From: Asterionella formosa
Lineage: Eukaryota
NCBI GenBank assembly: GCA_002256025.1
Contig: NKIB01000057.1
Span: forward strand, 1 to 35,627
Length of the DNA: 35,627 bases
Reading direction: 5' to 3'
Below the pieces are notes generated by a model. That model was not told the origin of the DNA. It worked only from the letters and a program-made list of their open reading frames with translations, and searched no databases. Position 1 is the stretch's first letter. Each line of letters starts with the position of its first letter. Below, in pieces: positions 34,747 to 35,627 of the stretch. The position numbers and the translations under genes were made by a program.

Positions 34747-35293
34747 GGTCACAGTCGTGGAATACCGGGAAGCAAATCAAATACCGGTACCAGTTAAAAA
34801 TGGCTTGGAGCCACTTCGAATGGCTTTGAGTCACTTAACGATATAATATGCATTGTGTATACATAGATTCTTTCTAATTTTTCAGTTATGACTATTTTTA
34901 GTAAGACAAAGTTGTTCCTCACGTTGCGCCGGATACAACAGATCTAGATGTCGGGTAAGGTCTGTGTTTTAGAAAATCAGATAAATGTGTCGGAAAGTAA
35001 CGATCGGCCCAAAAGTGGCAAAAAAAATATACCATTGAGCCGGCATTGCCCGGAAATACACATATTCATTAATTAAAGACATTTAATATCTAATATATAT
35101 TTAGTTGCGTTTAACCGCCATGGACAATGTACTATAGCAATAAATCAATCAATTCATCACTCTTGGTAAATGAATGCAATATTTCATGAAGGCCAAAAAA
35201 TCGAGCCTTAGATATTTGTCTGAGACCATAATTCACATCAGAAATTTCTTCCGACATACCGCAAAATGAAGCAAATCGCAGTCATCTCCTTAA

Positions 35294-35627
35294 GGTTCCT
35301 GCATTTGAACCCCTAGCTCGAGGTAGGGTTAAAAAAATAATATTAAGTCAGAGTAGTCAAACATAGACTTCTTACGAGTAAAACGTAAATGTATATCGCT
35401 AAACGGAGCTTTCACCAATACACACCCTTTCCACATGCTTAAATACAGTCATTTATCAAAGTAGGGGTATAGGTCAACGCTATATATCGTCAGGATATAG
35501 GATCTGGCGAGAAACTGCAGAAAGGAACTTCGGTTTTTTAACTATGCTGAAAATAGTGGATTTTACCGGGCTAACTCGTTTATTTGGCCTAGTAAAAAAA
35601 CCGAAGTTCCTTTCTGCAGTTTCTCGC
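35294..35627. mobile_element. Second copy of the Kolobok terminus, running off the window end
   Basis: ttaa|ggttcctgcatttgaacccctagctcgaggtaggg.. closely matches 25649..25965. Confidence 0.9.

Noticed and set aside
35507..35627. Fold-back assembly artefact at the window end
   Set aside because: The same inverted arm is present, partly deleted, at 25951 and in diverged form at 24971, so it is a real feature of the element.

Overview
This is eukaryotic genomic DNA, most likely from a diatom or other ochrophyte. The evidence is short GT-AG introns, an ASAFAP-type bipartite plastid presequence and a signal-peptide-bearing ARC5/DRP5B dynamin. Intact host genes are long-form RNase Z (ELAC2/TRZ1), tRNA-Lys(CTT), a zf-HIT (ZNHIT2-like) protein, an unknown plastid membrane protein, ARC5/DRP5B and one hypothetical protein. 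There is also an alanyl-tRNA synthetase pseudogene fragment. Most of the rest is a nested DNA-transposon graveyard: a pogo/Tigger element carrying a TA-flanked CCA...TGG MITE and a 2-kb element with a 2-bp TSD, and a TTAA-flanked Kolobok element with a dead DDE transposase and an intact KolX (P2X7-ballast-like) ORF, plus two more Kolobok ends. The most striking unexplained signal is heavy non-coding enrichment of TA-CCGG-TA and TA-CC(A/T)GG-TA. These motifs are present or absent at TA sites between paralogous repeat copies and match the termini of the resident MITE, so they look like iterated transposon excision footprints that build de novo microsatellites. All alignments and counts were done by eye.
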